Source: Fidelibacterota bacterium
GTDB lineage: Bacteria > Fidelibacterota > Marinisomatia > SCGC-AAA003-L08 > GCA-002704045
NCBI GenBank assembly: GCA_002704045.1
Contig: PAFF01000079.1
Location: forward strand, 6,785-42,627
DNA: 35,843 bases
Reading direction: 5' to 3'
Positions 26,632-35,444 of the stretch are shown here, in pieces (positions within the stretch are counted from its first letter, which is position 1; each line of letters opens with the position of its first letter). The notes beneath the pieces were generated by a model. That model saw only the letters and a program-made list of their open reading frames with translations, was not told the origin of the DNA and searched no databases. Made by a program: the position numbers and the translations under genes.

Positions 26632-28203
26632 ATGGATATTCATATGAAAATGACATTAAAAGTATTAATTATAGTTTTTTTTATATCATGTGGCGACAAA
26701 ACCCGCGAGGAAATATTGGAAAGACATGATAATGGTCAAATGAAACTTCTTGTTAAATTTCAGGGAGAAGGAAGCAATGAAAAAATAATAGAAAGAGTAA
26801 CATTTGATAAAAATGGTGATACTACCTCATTTGAATATCCAGTAAAAGGAGAAAAGATTTTAAAGACCTATTATGAAAATAGAGATTTAGAATCAATTAT
26901 AAATTATAAAAACGGAAAATTAAATGGACTTTATCAAACTTTTTTTGAAAATGGACAAACTGCAAATTTAGAATTTTATATTGATGATTCATTAAATGGC
27001 GAAATTTTAGAATATTTTAAAAATGGGAAACTTAAATTTAAAGGTAATGCTATAAATAATAAACTTGAAGGTGTAGTAGAGACTTATGAGGAAGATGGTA
27101 TAAAAGAAATAACAATTTATAAAGATGGTAAAAGGAATGGTTATGGAGAATGGTATAATGAAAAAGGAAATTTAATTTATAAAGATCCATATAAAAATGA
27201 TGAATTACACGGTGAATATTTTCATTATCACGAGAATGGGAATCTATGGGCTAAGGGTACATATAAAAATGGGAAAAATCATGGTAAAACTGAAGGGTTT
27301 TTTGAAAATGGTCAATTAAGTGGAACTTCAAATTTTTTAAATGGAATGTTTCATGGAATTTTCCAAATATTTCATGAAAATGGAAATCTTAGTAATTATC
27401 AAGAATGGGAATATGATGTTTTAAAAAAGGAATCGAAATATGATTTGAATGGCAATTTAATATCAAGCTTTGATAGTTCTATCCAAACTGAATACATAGA
27501 AACTAAAAGTGGACTTAAATATAAAGATTTAGTAAGAACAACTGGTGAGACACCTAACACTGGTGACAAGCTTGTTGTGCATTACACAGGCAAACTAGAA
27601 GATGGTACAAAATTTGATAGTTCAATAGATAGGAGGAGGCCTTTTGAATTTCCTCTAGGGCTGGGAAGAGTTATAAAAGGATGGGATGAAGGCTTAGCAT
27701 CTATGAGAGTTGGCGAAACAAGAGAAATTATAGTTCCACCTCATTTGGGCTATGGTGATACAAAAACAGGAAAAATTCCCCCAAATTCAACTTTGATTTT
27801 TGAGGTAGAATTAATTGAAATAAAAAAACAATTAAAAGATAACGATTTTGACCTTCCAGGTAAAGAAATTGTTTTTGAATCAGGTTTGAGAATTGTAGAG
27901 CATATTAAAGGACAAGGGCAAAAGCCAAAATCTGGAAATAAAGTTAAAGTACATTATTCTGGATATTTAGAAACAGGTGAAAAATTTGACAGTTCACATG
28001 ATAGAGGAAAAGAATTTGAATTTGTTTTAGGTCAAGGTCAAGTAATCAAAGGATGGGATGAAGGTGTTGCACAGATTAATAAAGGTGGAAAATCAACTTT
28101 AATTATTCCTCCAAATTTAGGGTATGGTGAAAGAGGTGCAGGAGGTGTAATTCCTCCAAATGCAACTTTATTATTTGAAGTTGAATTAATAGATTTTAAT
28201 TGA
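26632..28203 (+). CDS. lipoprotein with MORN-variant (YwqK-like) repeats fused to two FKBP-type peptidyl-prolyl isomerase domains
   Basis: This is a 523-aa ORF with a lipobox (FFISC). The true start may be the ATG at 26644 or 26650. The N-terminal half has about 8 repeats of the G-x-L-x-G-x-x-x-x-[FY]-[FY]-E-N-G type. The C-terminal half has two FKBP domains ([16 protein letters not shown]...VIKGWDEGL...[10 protein letters not shown] and [16 protein letters not shown]...VIKGWDEGV...[10 protein letters not shown]). Confidence 0.85.
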   Translation: MDIHMKMTLKVLIIVFFISCGDKTREEILERHDNGQMKLLVKFQGEGSNEKIIERVTFDKNGDTTSFEYPVKGEKILKTYYENRDLESIINYKNGKLNGLYQTFFENGQTANLEFYIDDSLNGEILEYFKNGKLKFKGNAINNKLEGVVETYEEDGIKEITIYKDGKRNGYGEWYNEKGNLIYKDPYKNDELHGEYFHYHENGNLWAKGTYKNGKNHGKTEGFFENGQLSGTSNFLNGMFHGIFQIFHENGNLSNYQEWEYDVLKKESKYDLNGNLISSFDSSIQTEYIETKSGLKYKDLVRTTGETPNTGDKLVVHYTGKLEDGTKFDSSIDRRRPFEFPLGLGRVIKGWDEGLASMRVGETREIIVPPHLGYGDTKTGKIPPNSTLIFEVELIEIKKQLKDNDFDLPGKEIVFESGLRIVEHIKGQGQKPKSGNKVKVHYSGYLETGEKFDSSHDRGKEFEFVLGQGQVIKGWDEGVAQINKGGKSTLIIPPNLGYGERGAGGVIPPNATLLFEVELIDFN

Positions 28204-28205
28204 AT

Positions 28206-28238
28206 GAAGCCCTCATAATTTTATAAGGGCTTCTTTTA
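28206..28238. terminator. bidirectional rho-independent terminator between convergent genes
   Basis: An 8-bp stem GAAGCCCT/AAGGGCTTC is followed by Ts on the plus strand and preceded by A/T-rich sequence. It can serve both the FKBP gene and the reverse-strand small-ORF operon. Confidence 0.6.
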
Positions 28239-28240
28239 AT

Positions 28241-28360
28241 TTAGTTTTTTTTCTTTCTTATTTTATTTTGTTTTGGTTTGAATGATACTGTCCAATTTGC
28301 TTCGGTATAAACTGGATCTTTTGGATCTGTTATTAAACCTTTGTAAATAACTTTTGCCAT
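28241..28360 (-). CDS. small hypothetical protein (39 aa), third gene of a coupled reverse-strand operon
   Basis: The product is MAKVIYKGLITDPKDPVYTEANWTVSFKPKQNKIRKKKN. Its ATG directly follows the TAA of the upstream ORF (TAAATG) and GGAGA lies 5 nt upstream. It is below the ORF-track size cutoff. Confidence 0.3.
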   Translation of the reverse strand: MAKVIYKGLITDPKDPVYTEANWTVSFKPKQNKIRKKKN

Positions 28361-28513
28361 TTAATTCTCCATTCTATCTTCTGAAATAAGATATTTTATA
28401 TGATTTATTTCATTGGTTAAAGTGTTAACTTTTTTTTCTAAATCTGCTGTGTAGCTATACAAAAACTCAATGGTTTCATTTATACCAAAAAGTATATATT
28501 TATCTTTTTTCAT
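28361..28513 (-). CDS. small hypothetical protein (50 aa), coiled-coil-like
   Basis: The product is MKKDKYILFGINETIEFLYSYTADLEKKVNTLTNEINHIKYLISEDRMEN. A strong AGGAGG lies 5 nt upstream of the ATG. The start overlaps the 3' end of the upstream ORF by 14 nt. Confidence 0.35.
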   Translation of the reverse strand: MKKDKYILFGINETIEFLYSYTADLEKKVNTLTNEINHIKYLISEDRMEN

Positions 28514-28817
28514 TTATCCTCCTATTACTAAATGATATTGTAGCTGATTCATTATATATTCTATCATCTGATCTACAAAATGGAATGCCCAATTTAAATG
28601 CTAAAGCATCAATTTCATTTTTGGGATCTTCTTTTATTTCTTCATTTATCTCATCTGATTGAAATATCCAATCTCCATTTTTTAATAGAATCAATCTATC
28701 CCAAGTTTTAAACAAAGTCTCAGCATCAAACTGAGATGGTAATTCATTAGGATTATGTTTACTACATACTTTCTGTATATCCTTCTTTTTGTAATTTTTA
28801 AGAGTTCTATACTTCAT
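28500..28817 (-). CDS. hypothetical protein (105 aa)
   Basis: This is a trimmed version of the track ORF 28500..28862. The second Met (MKYRTLKNYKKK...) is preceded by AAGGAGA at 28822-28828, and a promoter-like element sits upstream of it. No family was recognised. Confidence 0.5.
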   Translation of the reverse strand: MKYRTLKNYKKKDIQKVCSKHNPNELPSQFDAETLFKTWDRLILLKNGDWIFQSDEINEEIKEDPKNEIDALAFKLGIPFCRSDDRIYNESATISFSNRRINEKR

Positions 28818-28852
28818 TTTATCTCCTTTTCTTAAGGAAATTGGAGGCAAGG

Positions 28853-28881
28853 TGTTTAGCACATCTTTATTGTGGTTGCAA
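28853..28881 (-). promoter_or_regulatory. candidate promoter of the small-ORF operon (TTGCAA-N17-TAAACA on the reverse strand)
   Basis: On the reverse strand, TTGCAA lies at 28876-28881 and TAAACA at 28853-28858. A near-identical element (TTGCAG-N17-TAAACC) lies at 28942-28970. Pattern match only. Confidence 0.3.
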
Positions 28882-28906
28882 GCCTCTCAAATCTCCACAT
28901 TAAACT

Positions 28907-28929
28907 AAAAAAGCACCAAAATGGTGCTT
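28907..28929 (-). terminator. terminator-like hairpin on the reverse strand between the two promoter-like elements
   Basis: The reverse strand reads AAGCACCATTTTGGTGCTTTTTT, a stem of 7-8 bp followed by T6. Confidence 0.4.
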
Positions 28930-29144
28930 ATCTTCCACTTCGGTTTAGCATTTATTTATTGTCGCTGCAAGTTGAATTAAATGACGACGATGTAATTTAC
29001 TAAAGATGAGTTCTATTAATGAATAATTTATTCAAAAATAATATTATATCTTTCCTGCATTGTATTAATTGTTATTAATCTTATAGTATTTAAATAAGTT
29101 TTATTTATTTAAATTTAGATATATAATAAAAGTGGAGTATCACT

Positions 29145-29702
29145 ATGAAATTTTTAAGCATTTTAATTTTTTTATTATTTAATTTTTCGTTTTCTCAATT
29201 ACGCATTGGTCATGATATTAATGCAGAGTTAGAACTATCTGGATATGGATTAGAAGAAACACATTCAGCAAATGGTATTTCGTTGGGTTATGAATCAGTA
29301 TTAAAAACTGATAAAAAATACACTTACGGTGCAGGTGGAGAATTTATGCTTCTAAGAACTTCTGAAACTTTTACAGGTGGTGGTGGTTTTGGTTTCAATT
29401 CTTTATATGGATTTGGACGATACAAAATTGATGAAAGACTTTATGGAACAGGAAGATTAGGCTATAATTTTTATATGGCAGATAGTGCTTTTAAATATTG
29501 TGGAGATGATTGTAGTACCGAACTAGATGGAGGATTATTTTATGGAATTGGAATTGGCATAATTTTGACACCTAAAATTAACCTCGAGGGTTTATATATT
29601 CACAATGAAGGTACTATGAGACGAGATTTAATCAATGGTTCTAGTTATAGTTTTGAATCTAATTATGCGAGAATGCATTTCTGTTTTGCATATACATTTT
29701 AA
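29145..29702 (+). CDS. small outer-membrane beta-barrel protein
   Basis: This is a 185-aa ORF with a signal peptide. It has alternating Gly/aromatic beta-strand patterning, and its C-terminus FCFAYTF ends in Phe. Confidence 0.6.
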   Translation: MKFLSILIFLLFNFSFSQLRIGHDINAELELSGYGLEETHSANGISLGYESVLKTDKKYTYGAGGEFMLLRTSETFTGGGGFGFNSLYGFGRYKIDERLYGTGRLGYNFYMADSAFKYCGDDCSTELDGGLFYGIGIGIILTPKINLEGLYIHNEGTMRRDLINGSSYSFESNYARMHFCFAYTF

Positions 29703-29711
29703 GGGGAAAAT

Positions 29712-30194
29712 ATGAAATTAATATTTATTATTTGCTTATTTATGATGTCGTGCCAAGAAGGCGATACAATCATTCAAAATGAAAATATTCATGGTTGCTT
29801 AGATAGTCAAGCTACAAATTATAATTCAGAAGCAACTATTGATAATAATAGTTGTGAATATGCTTATAATGACAATTCTCATTCAATTGTAGGTATTTGG
29901 AAAAGAGAAGCCAGATACGATGATGCGTGTTCTTTTGGTTATGTTCAGAACCAAAGATATGTTTTCAATTCTGATGGATCTTTTCATAATGATTATGATT
30001 TAATTTCTTCTAATAATTACACTTGGAATATTTTTGATACAAATAAATTAGCTATTAATTTTAGTTCTACTTACCACTATATATTTAGAATAGAAGAAGA
30101 TGAACTGCATTTATACCAATATAACCAATACACTAATGAAAATTATAATTTTGAAACAGATTGTGATTACTATATATGGGTAAGAGAAAATTAA
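29712..30194 (+). CDS. lipoprotein with an N-terminal CxDxxAxNYN...SC motif and a lipocalin-like body
   Basis: This is a 160-aa ORF with a lipobox (FMMSC). The motif GCLDSQATNYNSEATIDNNSC is shared with the giant protein and with the 35445 gene. A GIWK... segment is typical of small lipocalin-like lipoproteins. GGGGA lies upstream of the ATG, and the gap to the OMP gene is 9 nt. Confidence 0.6.
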   Translation: MKLIFIICLFMMSCQEGDTIIQNENIHGCLDSQATNYNSEATIDNNSCEYAYNDNSHSIVGIWKREARYDDACSFGYVQNQRYVFNSDGSFHNDYDLISSNNYTWNIFDTNKLAINFSSTYHYIFRIEEDELHLYQYNQYTNENYNFETDCDYYIWVREN

Positions 30195-30388
30195 TTTCTC
30201 ATTCTATTTTCTGCATCTATTATTGAATCTTCCCAGCGTTTTCTTTCAATTTTAGAAGGTCTTTTAGCTTTCATAGGCTCAATATTAACTGCCGTCGCTC
30301 GTTTATTCCATCTATAAAGTTCTTTCCTGCGATCAAGCCATCTGCGTTTTTTTTGATCTTCATAGCTTATTGCATCCGTTTCATTCAT
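30191..30388 (-). CDS. small basic hypothetical protein (65 aa)
   Basis: This is a track ORF that is very Arg/Lys-rich (KKRRWLDRRKELYRWNKR...KRPSKIERKRW). It converges on the lipoprotein gene and overlaps it by 4 nt. There is no clear RBS, so coding status is uncertain. Confidence 0.3.
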   Translation of the reverse strand: MNETDAISYEDQKKRRWLDRRKELYRWNKRATAVNIEPMKAKRPSKIERKRWEDSIIDAENRMRN

Positions 30389-30535
30389 ACCAGATGATGA
30401 GAATGGTAAACTTACATCCTTAAAGGTAAAAGTAAAACATATTTGATTCTTTTGGGATTAGGTATGTTCATACTTGTTGAAATATTCTATGGTTTATTTT
30501 AATATATATATATCATAAATAGGAAAAATACATAA

Positions 30536-33500
30536 ATGATTTTTTATAAAATTATAATTTTAGTTTCATTTTTAAATGCTTTACCATTGGAGGTTTTAAA
30601 ACAAAAAAATGAATTTACAAATCATACGATAAATAATTTGCCTGAAAGTCCGTTATTAGATAGAGCTAAAGGTTTATCTATAATTGGTAATGCACAGACT
30701 GCGATATCTAATTATGGGAATATGATTAATGGTTATGATCATCATCCTGGTGGTCTTTGGAATGGTAATTCTTATATTCCATCTTTATCCATTATGTCTT
30801 CAATACCAGGTTATAAATATTCTCATAATTATGATTGGGAATTACATGAAACTGGTTTATTTACTATTTGGAAATCAATTGAAGCAGGACAAAATTGGAT
30901 ACGACTTGGTGATTCAGTTTTTGTTGATTTTGTATTTAATGTTGAAAATGATAAGGGTGATTTGGGAGAAAGATATGGAAGTCATATAGATTTTAATAAT
31001 GCATATCAGTGGTCACTTGAAATTGATATTGAAGGTAGTTTAGTTTTATATATAACTACAGAAAGTGAACTTGAAAATCCTAATTATCATTATTCTAAAA
31101 TGGGATTGGTTTATCCTTGGGCAAAGAGGCCAATGTTTATTGGAAGAGATGAAAGTGTTTTACATGATTATTATGATACAGGACCAGATGCTATTCCATG
31201 GAATGAAGACGATAATTATAAATATTATGGAGCAAATACAAATGAATCTTGGTTTACTCGTTTTCCAGAAAGTTCAAACAGTGATTGGCAGCCTAAATCA
31301 AATGCATTAGGGAGCTCTCACAATTCTAATAGTATAATAACATATGGAGATATCTTTGGCTATACAAATTTTGTGAATTCATCAGATAGTTATCCAATTT
31401 TAGCCCATAGTAGTTTTGAAGAAACTTGGCCTTTAGCTTATAATGATGAACTTAGTGAATATGAACATTTTTGGCCTGGGATGTGGGCTGATGAATTTGA
31501 TTCATCTTTAATTGGATGTAATGGAAGTCCCACAGATAATGATTGTTGGATTGAATCTCCAGGTAATTTTAAATCTTTTAACGATATATATATGGAAATT
31601 GACGATAGATGGGCACATCAAGGTAATTATGTTAATCATGTAGATGAATATCAAAATACTGGTTACCCATTGGGTTTAACTATTCAAACTCAAGTTCATT
31701 CATATCCTTTATATCCATTTAATAATTCTATCTTTTTTTCATCAAAAATAATTAATGAAAGCGGTGATTATTTTAATGAAGATGGAATATTTGTTGAAAG
31801 CATGATTATGCCTGATGGTTCAAAGCTAAATGGAGGAGATGGATTTAATTACGAAAGAATGTTTTTAGGATTATATTTTGATGTTGATGCATTATGGGCA
31901 GATATAAATGGTTCGATGAGTAATCATACTAATGCAGATGATATGATGGGTTATTACAGAGATATCCCAGAAAATGGTGAAAATTTGTTGAGTTTTGCAT
32001 ATATATATGATTATGATGGTATTAGTAATTCGATTAATAATACAGCATACACTGCCTTAGTAATATTAGATACGCCTAGACTTCCTGTTCATGAAGAATC
32101 ATTAGATTTAGATTTGGATGGCTCACCTGATGTCCAACCTGGTGAAAAGTTAGGCATGACAAGTTGGCATTGGTTTGATTGGTATAACAGGCCAGGTGTA
32201 AGGATGAGAGAGTCTAATTCAAATTGTTGTGATGGGACAGCATCAAGACCATCTTCTGAGAATAGAGAAGAAATACAATACAAAATTCTAGCGGGTGATA
32301 CAGTTAATATTAGCGATAATGAAAAGTTGTGGTTTTTTCATACTTCTCAACCACAAAATGAAAATATATCAGATATAAATCCTCATTTTGATTCAATTGA
32401 AGGAATAATGCAATCGGATTTTTGGAATCAAGGAGCTGAGGGATTAGATTGTACAGTTATGGTAGGTTCTGGTCCTTTTTCTATTGAAGTAGGAGAGGAG
32501 GTATCTTTTTCATATGCAATTGTTTTTGCAGAAAACTTTGAAGATTTAATCGAAAATGTTAAAAACACGCAAAATCTTTATGATTCACATTTTAAATTAT
32601 TTAGTTCACCAAAAAAACCTCAATTGTCATTAACATCAGGAGTAGGGAGTATTACACTAAATTGGGATAATAATGCAGAAGAATCAATTGATTTTTTAGC
32701 TAATATCAATGATTTTGAAGGTTACAAAATATATAGGAGTATTGACAATGGAAATACTTGGGGAAATCCTATTTATGATTCTGAAGGAATGCAAATGGGT
32801 TGGGAGCCATATCAACAATTTGATTTAACTTATGAAGAAGATTATATTAAATTTGGAAGGGATATTAGTGGATATGATCCAGTAAATTCATGGATCAATT
32901 TAGGAAATAATACTGGAATAACTAATAATTTCATTGATTATGATGTTGAGCCAATTAATGAATATTGTTATTATTTAACTTCTTATGATAAAGGTTATAT
33001 AAATTCTGAATTAAATAATATTGAATTTGGAGATTGGGAAACATTATATGATGTTGGTATATCATCTATGGAATCTGTACGATCGAATATTATGTGTTTG
33101 TCTCCTGACACACTTGAAATTTATAATCCACCAACCGAAAATTTATTCATTCCTTCATTATTAAATATTGGAACACCTGAAATTTACTTTATACCTGATG
33201 ATGAACAAGAAATTATTGAAAATATGAATGAGCAAAAACGCTATAAAATAGAAATATTAGCAGATCAAAATAACAATGATTATAATTATTCATTACCAAT
33301 TAATAATACTATAAACCCTCGTATTTATATATGGGAGGTAGATTATAACAATTTACCTATTGAAACTCAATATTTCGAGTGTAATTTTGATGAAATATAC
33401 TATTATGATAAATTGCCTGGTTCTGATCAAATAGAAGTAGATTCTTTAAATAATGTAGCCTTATATGAGTTACCTATTTATTTAATACAAAATCAAAATA

Positions 33501-34420
33501 TCGATAATAATTGGATCTATTTTTCAGGAATGTACTTTAAAATTTCTGATGAATTAAATACAAATTTCAATTTAATACAATCACAAAATATTATAAATGA
33601 TATAATTTGGTCAAATACAGATAATGAGCATTTAATTAATTTTCATTTAGAGTGGTTCAATATTAATTCGTTCAATAGTCAATTTTATTCTGATTATCAA
33701 ATTGATTTTAGTTCTGAATCTATATTTGAAGTTGATAATGTAATTCCTGGTTCAGGATGTGAAGATGATGAAATATTTTATGTTCCTTTTGAAATAACAA
33801 ATTTAAATACAAATAAAAAAGTTGGTATTGTTGCTTTTGACAAAGGTTCTTGTAACTGTGGATCAGGTAGTGATCCAGATGTATTTGGATATAAAAATTG
33901 TCAGTGGGATCATAATGAAAAAATTGTCTTAGTTGATACTTTAAATACGATTGAAAATCCTTATGGAAATCATTATAATACATTTAATTTATATATAGAT
34001 TGGAATTATGATAGTTTAAATACATATCCTTGGAATAATAATGATAATGTTATAATTAAACCAAAATATAGACTTCACAATGGTGATAATTGGATTTTAG
34101 ATATGAGTCAATTTAATAACAGTCTATCAATTGATAAATTTCATTCTAGTATCCCAAAAAATTTCAATTTGGGTAAACCTTATCCAAATCCATTTAATCC
34201 AGTTACTAAAATTGATTTCACCTTACCAGAATTAGCTTATGTTAGTATTAATATTTATAATATAAAAGGTAGATTGATAGAAAAATTGCAAGATGGTATT
34301 TTGAATGGAGGTAAGTATCAAATACATTGGAATGCAAATAATTATTCATCAGGAATTTATTTTGTACAAATGGTATCAAACAATTATAAAGAAACTCATA
34401 AATTAGTTTTAATAAAATAA
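30536..34420 (+). CDS. large secreted protein (1294 aa) with an FN3-like domain and a T9SS C-terminal sorting domain; function unknown
   Basis: The ORF has a signal peptide. A central FN3-like segment reads PKKPQLSLTSGVGSITLNWDNN...FEGYKIYRSIDNGNTWG. It ends in a C-terminal Por-type CTD. No catalytic motif was recognised in the N-terminal ~680 aa. Confidence 0.8.
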   Translation: MIFYKIIILVSFLNALPLEVLKQKNEFTNHTINNLPESPLLDRAKGLSIIGNAQTAISNYGNMINGYDHHPGGLWNGNSYIPSLSIMSSIPGYKYSHNYDWELHETGLFTIWKSIEAGQNWIRLGDSVFVDFVFNVENDKGDLGERYGSHIDFNNAYQWSLEIDIEGSLVLYITTESELENPNYHYSKMGLVYPWAKRPMFIGRDESVLHDYYDTGPDAIPWNEDDNYKYYGANTNESWFTRFPESSNSDWQPKSNALGSSHNSNSIITYGDIFGYTNFVNSSDSYPILAHSSFEETWPLAYNDELSEYEHFWPGMWADEFDSSLIGCNGSPTDNDCWIESPGNFKSFNDIYMEIDDRWAHQGNYVNHVDEYQNTGYPLGLTIQTQVHSYPLYPFNNSIFFSSKIINESGDYFNEDGIFVESMIMPDGSKLNGGDGFNYERMFLGLYFDVDALWADINGSMSNHTNADDMMGYYRDIPENGENLLSFAYIYDYDGISNSINNTAYTALVILDTPRLPVHEESLDLDLDGSPDVQPGEKLGMTSWHWFDWYNRPGVRMRESNSNCCDGTASRPSSENREEIQYKILAGDTVNISDNEKLWFFHTSQPQNENISDINPHFDSIEGIMQSDFWNQGAEGLDCTVMVGSGPFSIEVGEEVSFSYAIVFAENFEDLIENVKNTQNLYDSHFKLFSSPKKPQLSLTSGVGSITLNWDNNAEESIDFLANINDFEGYKIYRSIDNGNTWGNPIYDSEGMQMGWEPYQQFDLTYEEDYIKFGRDISGYDPVNSWINLGNNTGITNNFIDYDVEPINEYCYYLTSYDKGYINSELNNIEFGDWETLYDVGISSMESVRSNIMCLSPDTLEIYNPPTENLFIPSLLNIGTPEIYFIPDDEQEIIENMNEQKRYKIEILADQNNNDYNYSLPINNTINPRIYIWEVDYNNLPIETQYFECNFDEIYYYDKLPGSDQIEVDSLNNVALYELPIYLIQNQNIDNNWIYFSGMYFKISDELNTNFNLIQSQNIINDIIWSNTDNEHLINFHLEWFNINSFNSQFYSDYQIDFSSESIFEVDNVIPGSGCEDDEIFYVPFEITNLNTNKKVGIVAFDKGSCNCGSGSDPDVFGYKNCQWDHNEKIVLVDTLNTIENPYGNHYNTFNLYIDWNYDSLNTYPWNNNDNVIIKPKYRLHNGDNWILDMSQFNNSLSIDKFHSSIPKNFNLGKPYPNPFNPVTKIDFTLPELAYVSINIYNIKGRLIEKLQDGILNGGKYQIHWNANNYSSGIYFVQMVSNNYKETHKLVLIK
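34163..34417 (+). other. T9SS (Por) C-terminal sorting domain
   Basis: The last 85 aa are FNLGKPYPNPFNPVTKIDFTLP...VSINIYNIKGRLIEKL...KYQIHWNA...SSGIYFVQMVSNNYKETHKLVLIK. They are colinear with the CTD of the giant protein. Confidence 0.8.
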
Positions 34421-34737
34421 AGTTTTTTTGAATTATCTACCTCAATCATTCTGCTAAAATTAAGCTATCTATTATTCAGAGATTTTCTACAATATAAGCA
34501 TATATGTAAACTTGGTAGGTTTGCAGGTCTTAATCCAAAGATAACGAATACTAAAAAGAGAACCAGAATCATAGGAGTTATAGATGATAATTCCTCGGTT
34601 GAACCATCCCCCCAAGATGTAAAAAAGCTATACGCCCCTTACCCCTTAATTGAATCACAACAAATCTAGGTGTAGGACACAAAATGAAGGACACGCTAAC
34701 AAAAAATGAGGCATTTATAAAGGAGGAATTGACTTAA

Positions 34738-34798
34738 ACACGCCAGATTTAGGATCTGGTGCTCTTTGGGCGTGAAGGTTCGATTCCTTTCCTCGGTA
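34738..34798 (+). pseudogene. 3' fragment of tRNA-Leu(UAG), covering the D-arm 3' side to the discriminator; the 5' 22 nt are missing
   Basis: It is identical over 61 nt to 25338-25398. The sequence upstream of 34738 (gacttaa) does not match the tRNA 5' part, so no acceptor stem can form. Confidence 0.9.
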
Positions 34799-35070
34799 CA
34801 TCGTTCATCCCCGCTCATAATCGAGGGGGTTTTTTTTATCCCATGAGTTATATTGATCAATCATTTTAAATCATTAAATAGTGCTTTGAAGGGAACATTC
34901 TGTAGAGAACGCTTTTTGCTCCATATACTGCATATATAGATTTTATTTAGGTAGAATATTAATATCGTTATAAGAGGGACGCTATCCACACAATGGGAAG
35001 AAATGGGAAGTATTTTTCTACTATCACGACTATAGCATCCTATCTACGAATCTCCTTTTTTATTATATAG
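34738..35070 (+). repeat. right copy of the imperfect direct repeat of about 335 bp
   Basis: See the left copy, 25338..25672. In this copy the terminator stem has a mismatch (CCCCGCTC versus CCCCCCTC). Confidence 0.9.
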
Positions 35071-35116
35071 TGATATCTTCTTAAATTAAACTATCATTAA
35101 GAGATTGGAGGACTTT

Positions 35117-35437
35117 ATGAAGAAGGTATTATTTATAATGATGTTAGGTTTGATGTTTGGGCAAAGTAGAACAATAATTAGATCGGAATCCATAGATGAA
35201 AATAACCCCTGTAAGGATGAAAAGTTTATTATGCTTAAAGAAAAACAACTTGACGAAATGTCAGAAAGAGAATATAAATATTTTTCACAAATGTCTAAAG
35301 ATTGTTCTGCATATCAAACAGCAGAAAGAACTACTAAACCTAATGATGCTATAGTTGATCAACAAAAAAAATATTGGGAAGCATATGTTGCTTTCAGCAT
35401 ATTAGGGATAATAATGTCTTTATTTTTATCAATATAA
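35117..35437 (+). CDS. small hypothetical membrane/secreted protein (106 aa)
   Basis: This is a trimmed version of the track ORF. The ATG at 35117 is preceded by GGAGG at 35107-35111. It has an N-terminal signal peptide ([17 protein letters not shown]) and a C-terminal hydrophobic helix ([18 protein letters not shown]). Confidence 0.55.
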
Positions 35438-35444
35438 TTATAAT

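Noticed and set aside
28818-28862. The longer start for the 105-aa reverse-strand ORF (MLNTLPPISLRKGDK...).
   Set aside because: The internal ATG at 28817 has a good AAGGAGA site, and the promoter-like -10 (28853-28858) lies inside the extension. The extension is therefore probably untranslated.
28361-30214. The 3' ends of two reverse-strand small ORFs are similar. TCAGAAGATAGAATGGAGAATTAA at 28361-28384 resembles GCAGAAAATAGAATGAGAAATTAA at 30191-30214, and the peptides end ...EDRMEN and ...ENRMRN.
   Set aside because: The match covers only about 24 nt of A/G-rich sequence and the rest of the two proteins is unrelated. This is most likely chance in an AT-rich genome and too weak to call a repeat element.
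25678-34420. Whether the 9.4-kb tRNA-flanked block is a prophage or an integrative conjugative element (ICE).
   Set aside because: No capsid, terminase, portal, tail, replication, conjugation or integrase genes can be recognised. The cargo is made of envelope and secreted proteins of the same style as the rest of the window. Only the generic term island-like is justified.
35105-35116. The TTG start proposed by the track for the small membrane protein.
   Set aside because: The TTG overlaps the GGAGG Shine-Dalgarno sequence that serves the ATG at 35117. The signal peptide starts cleanly at that ATG.
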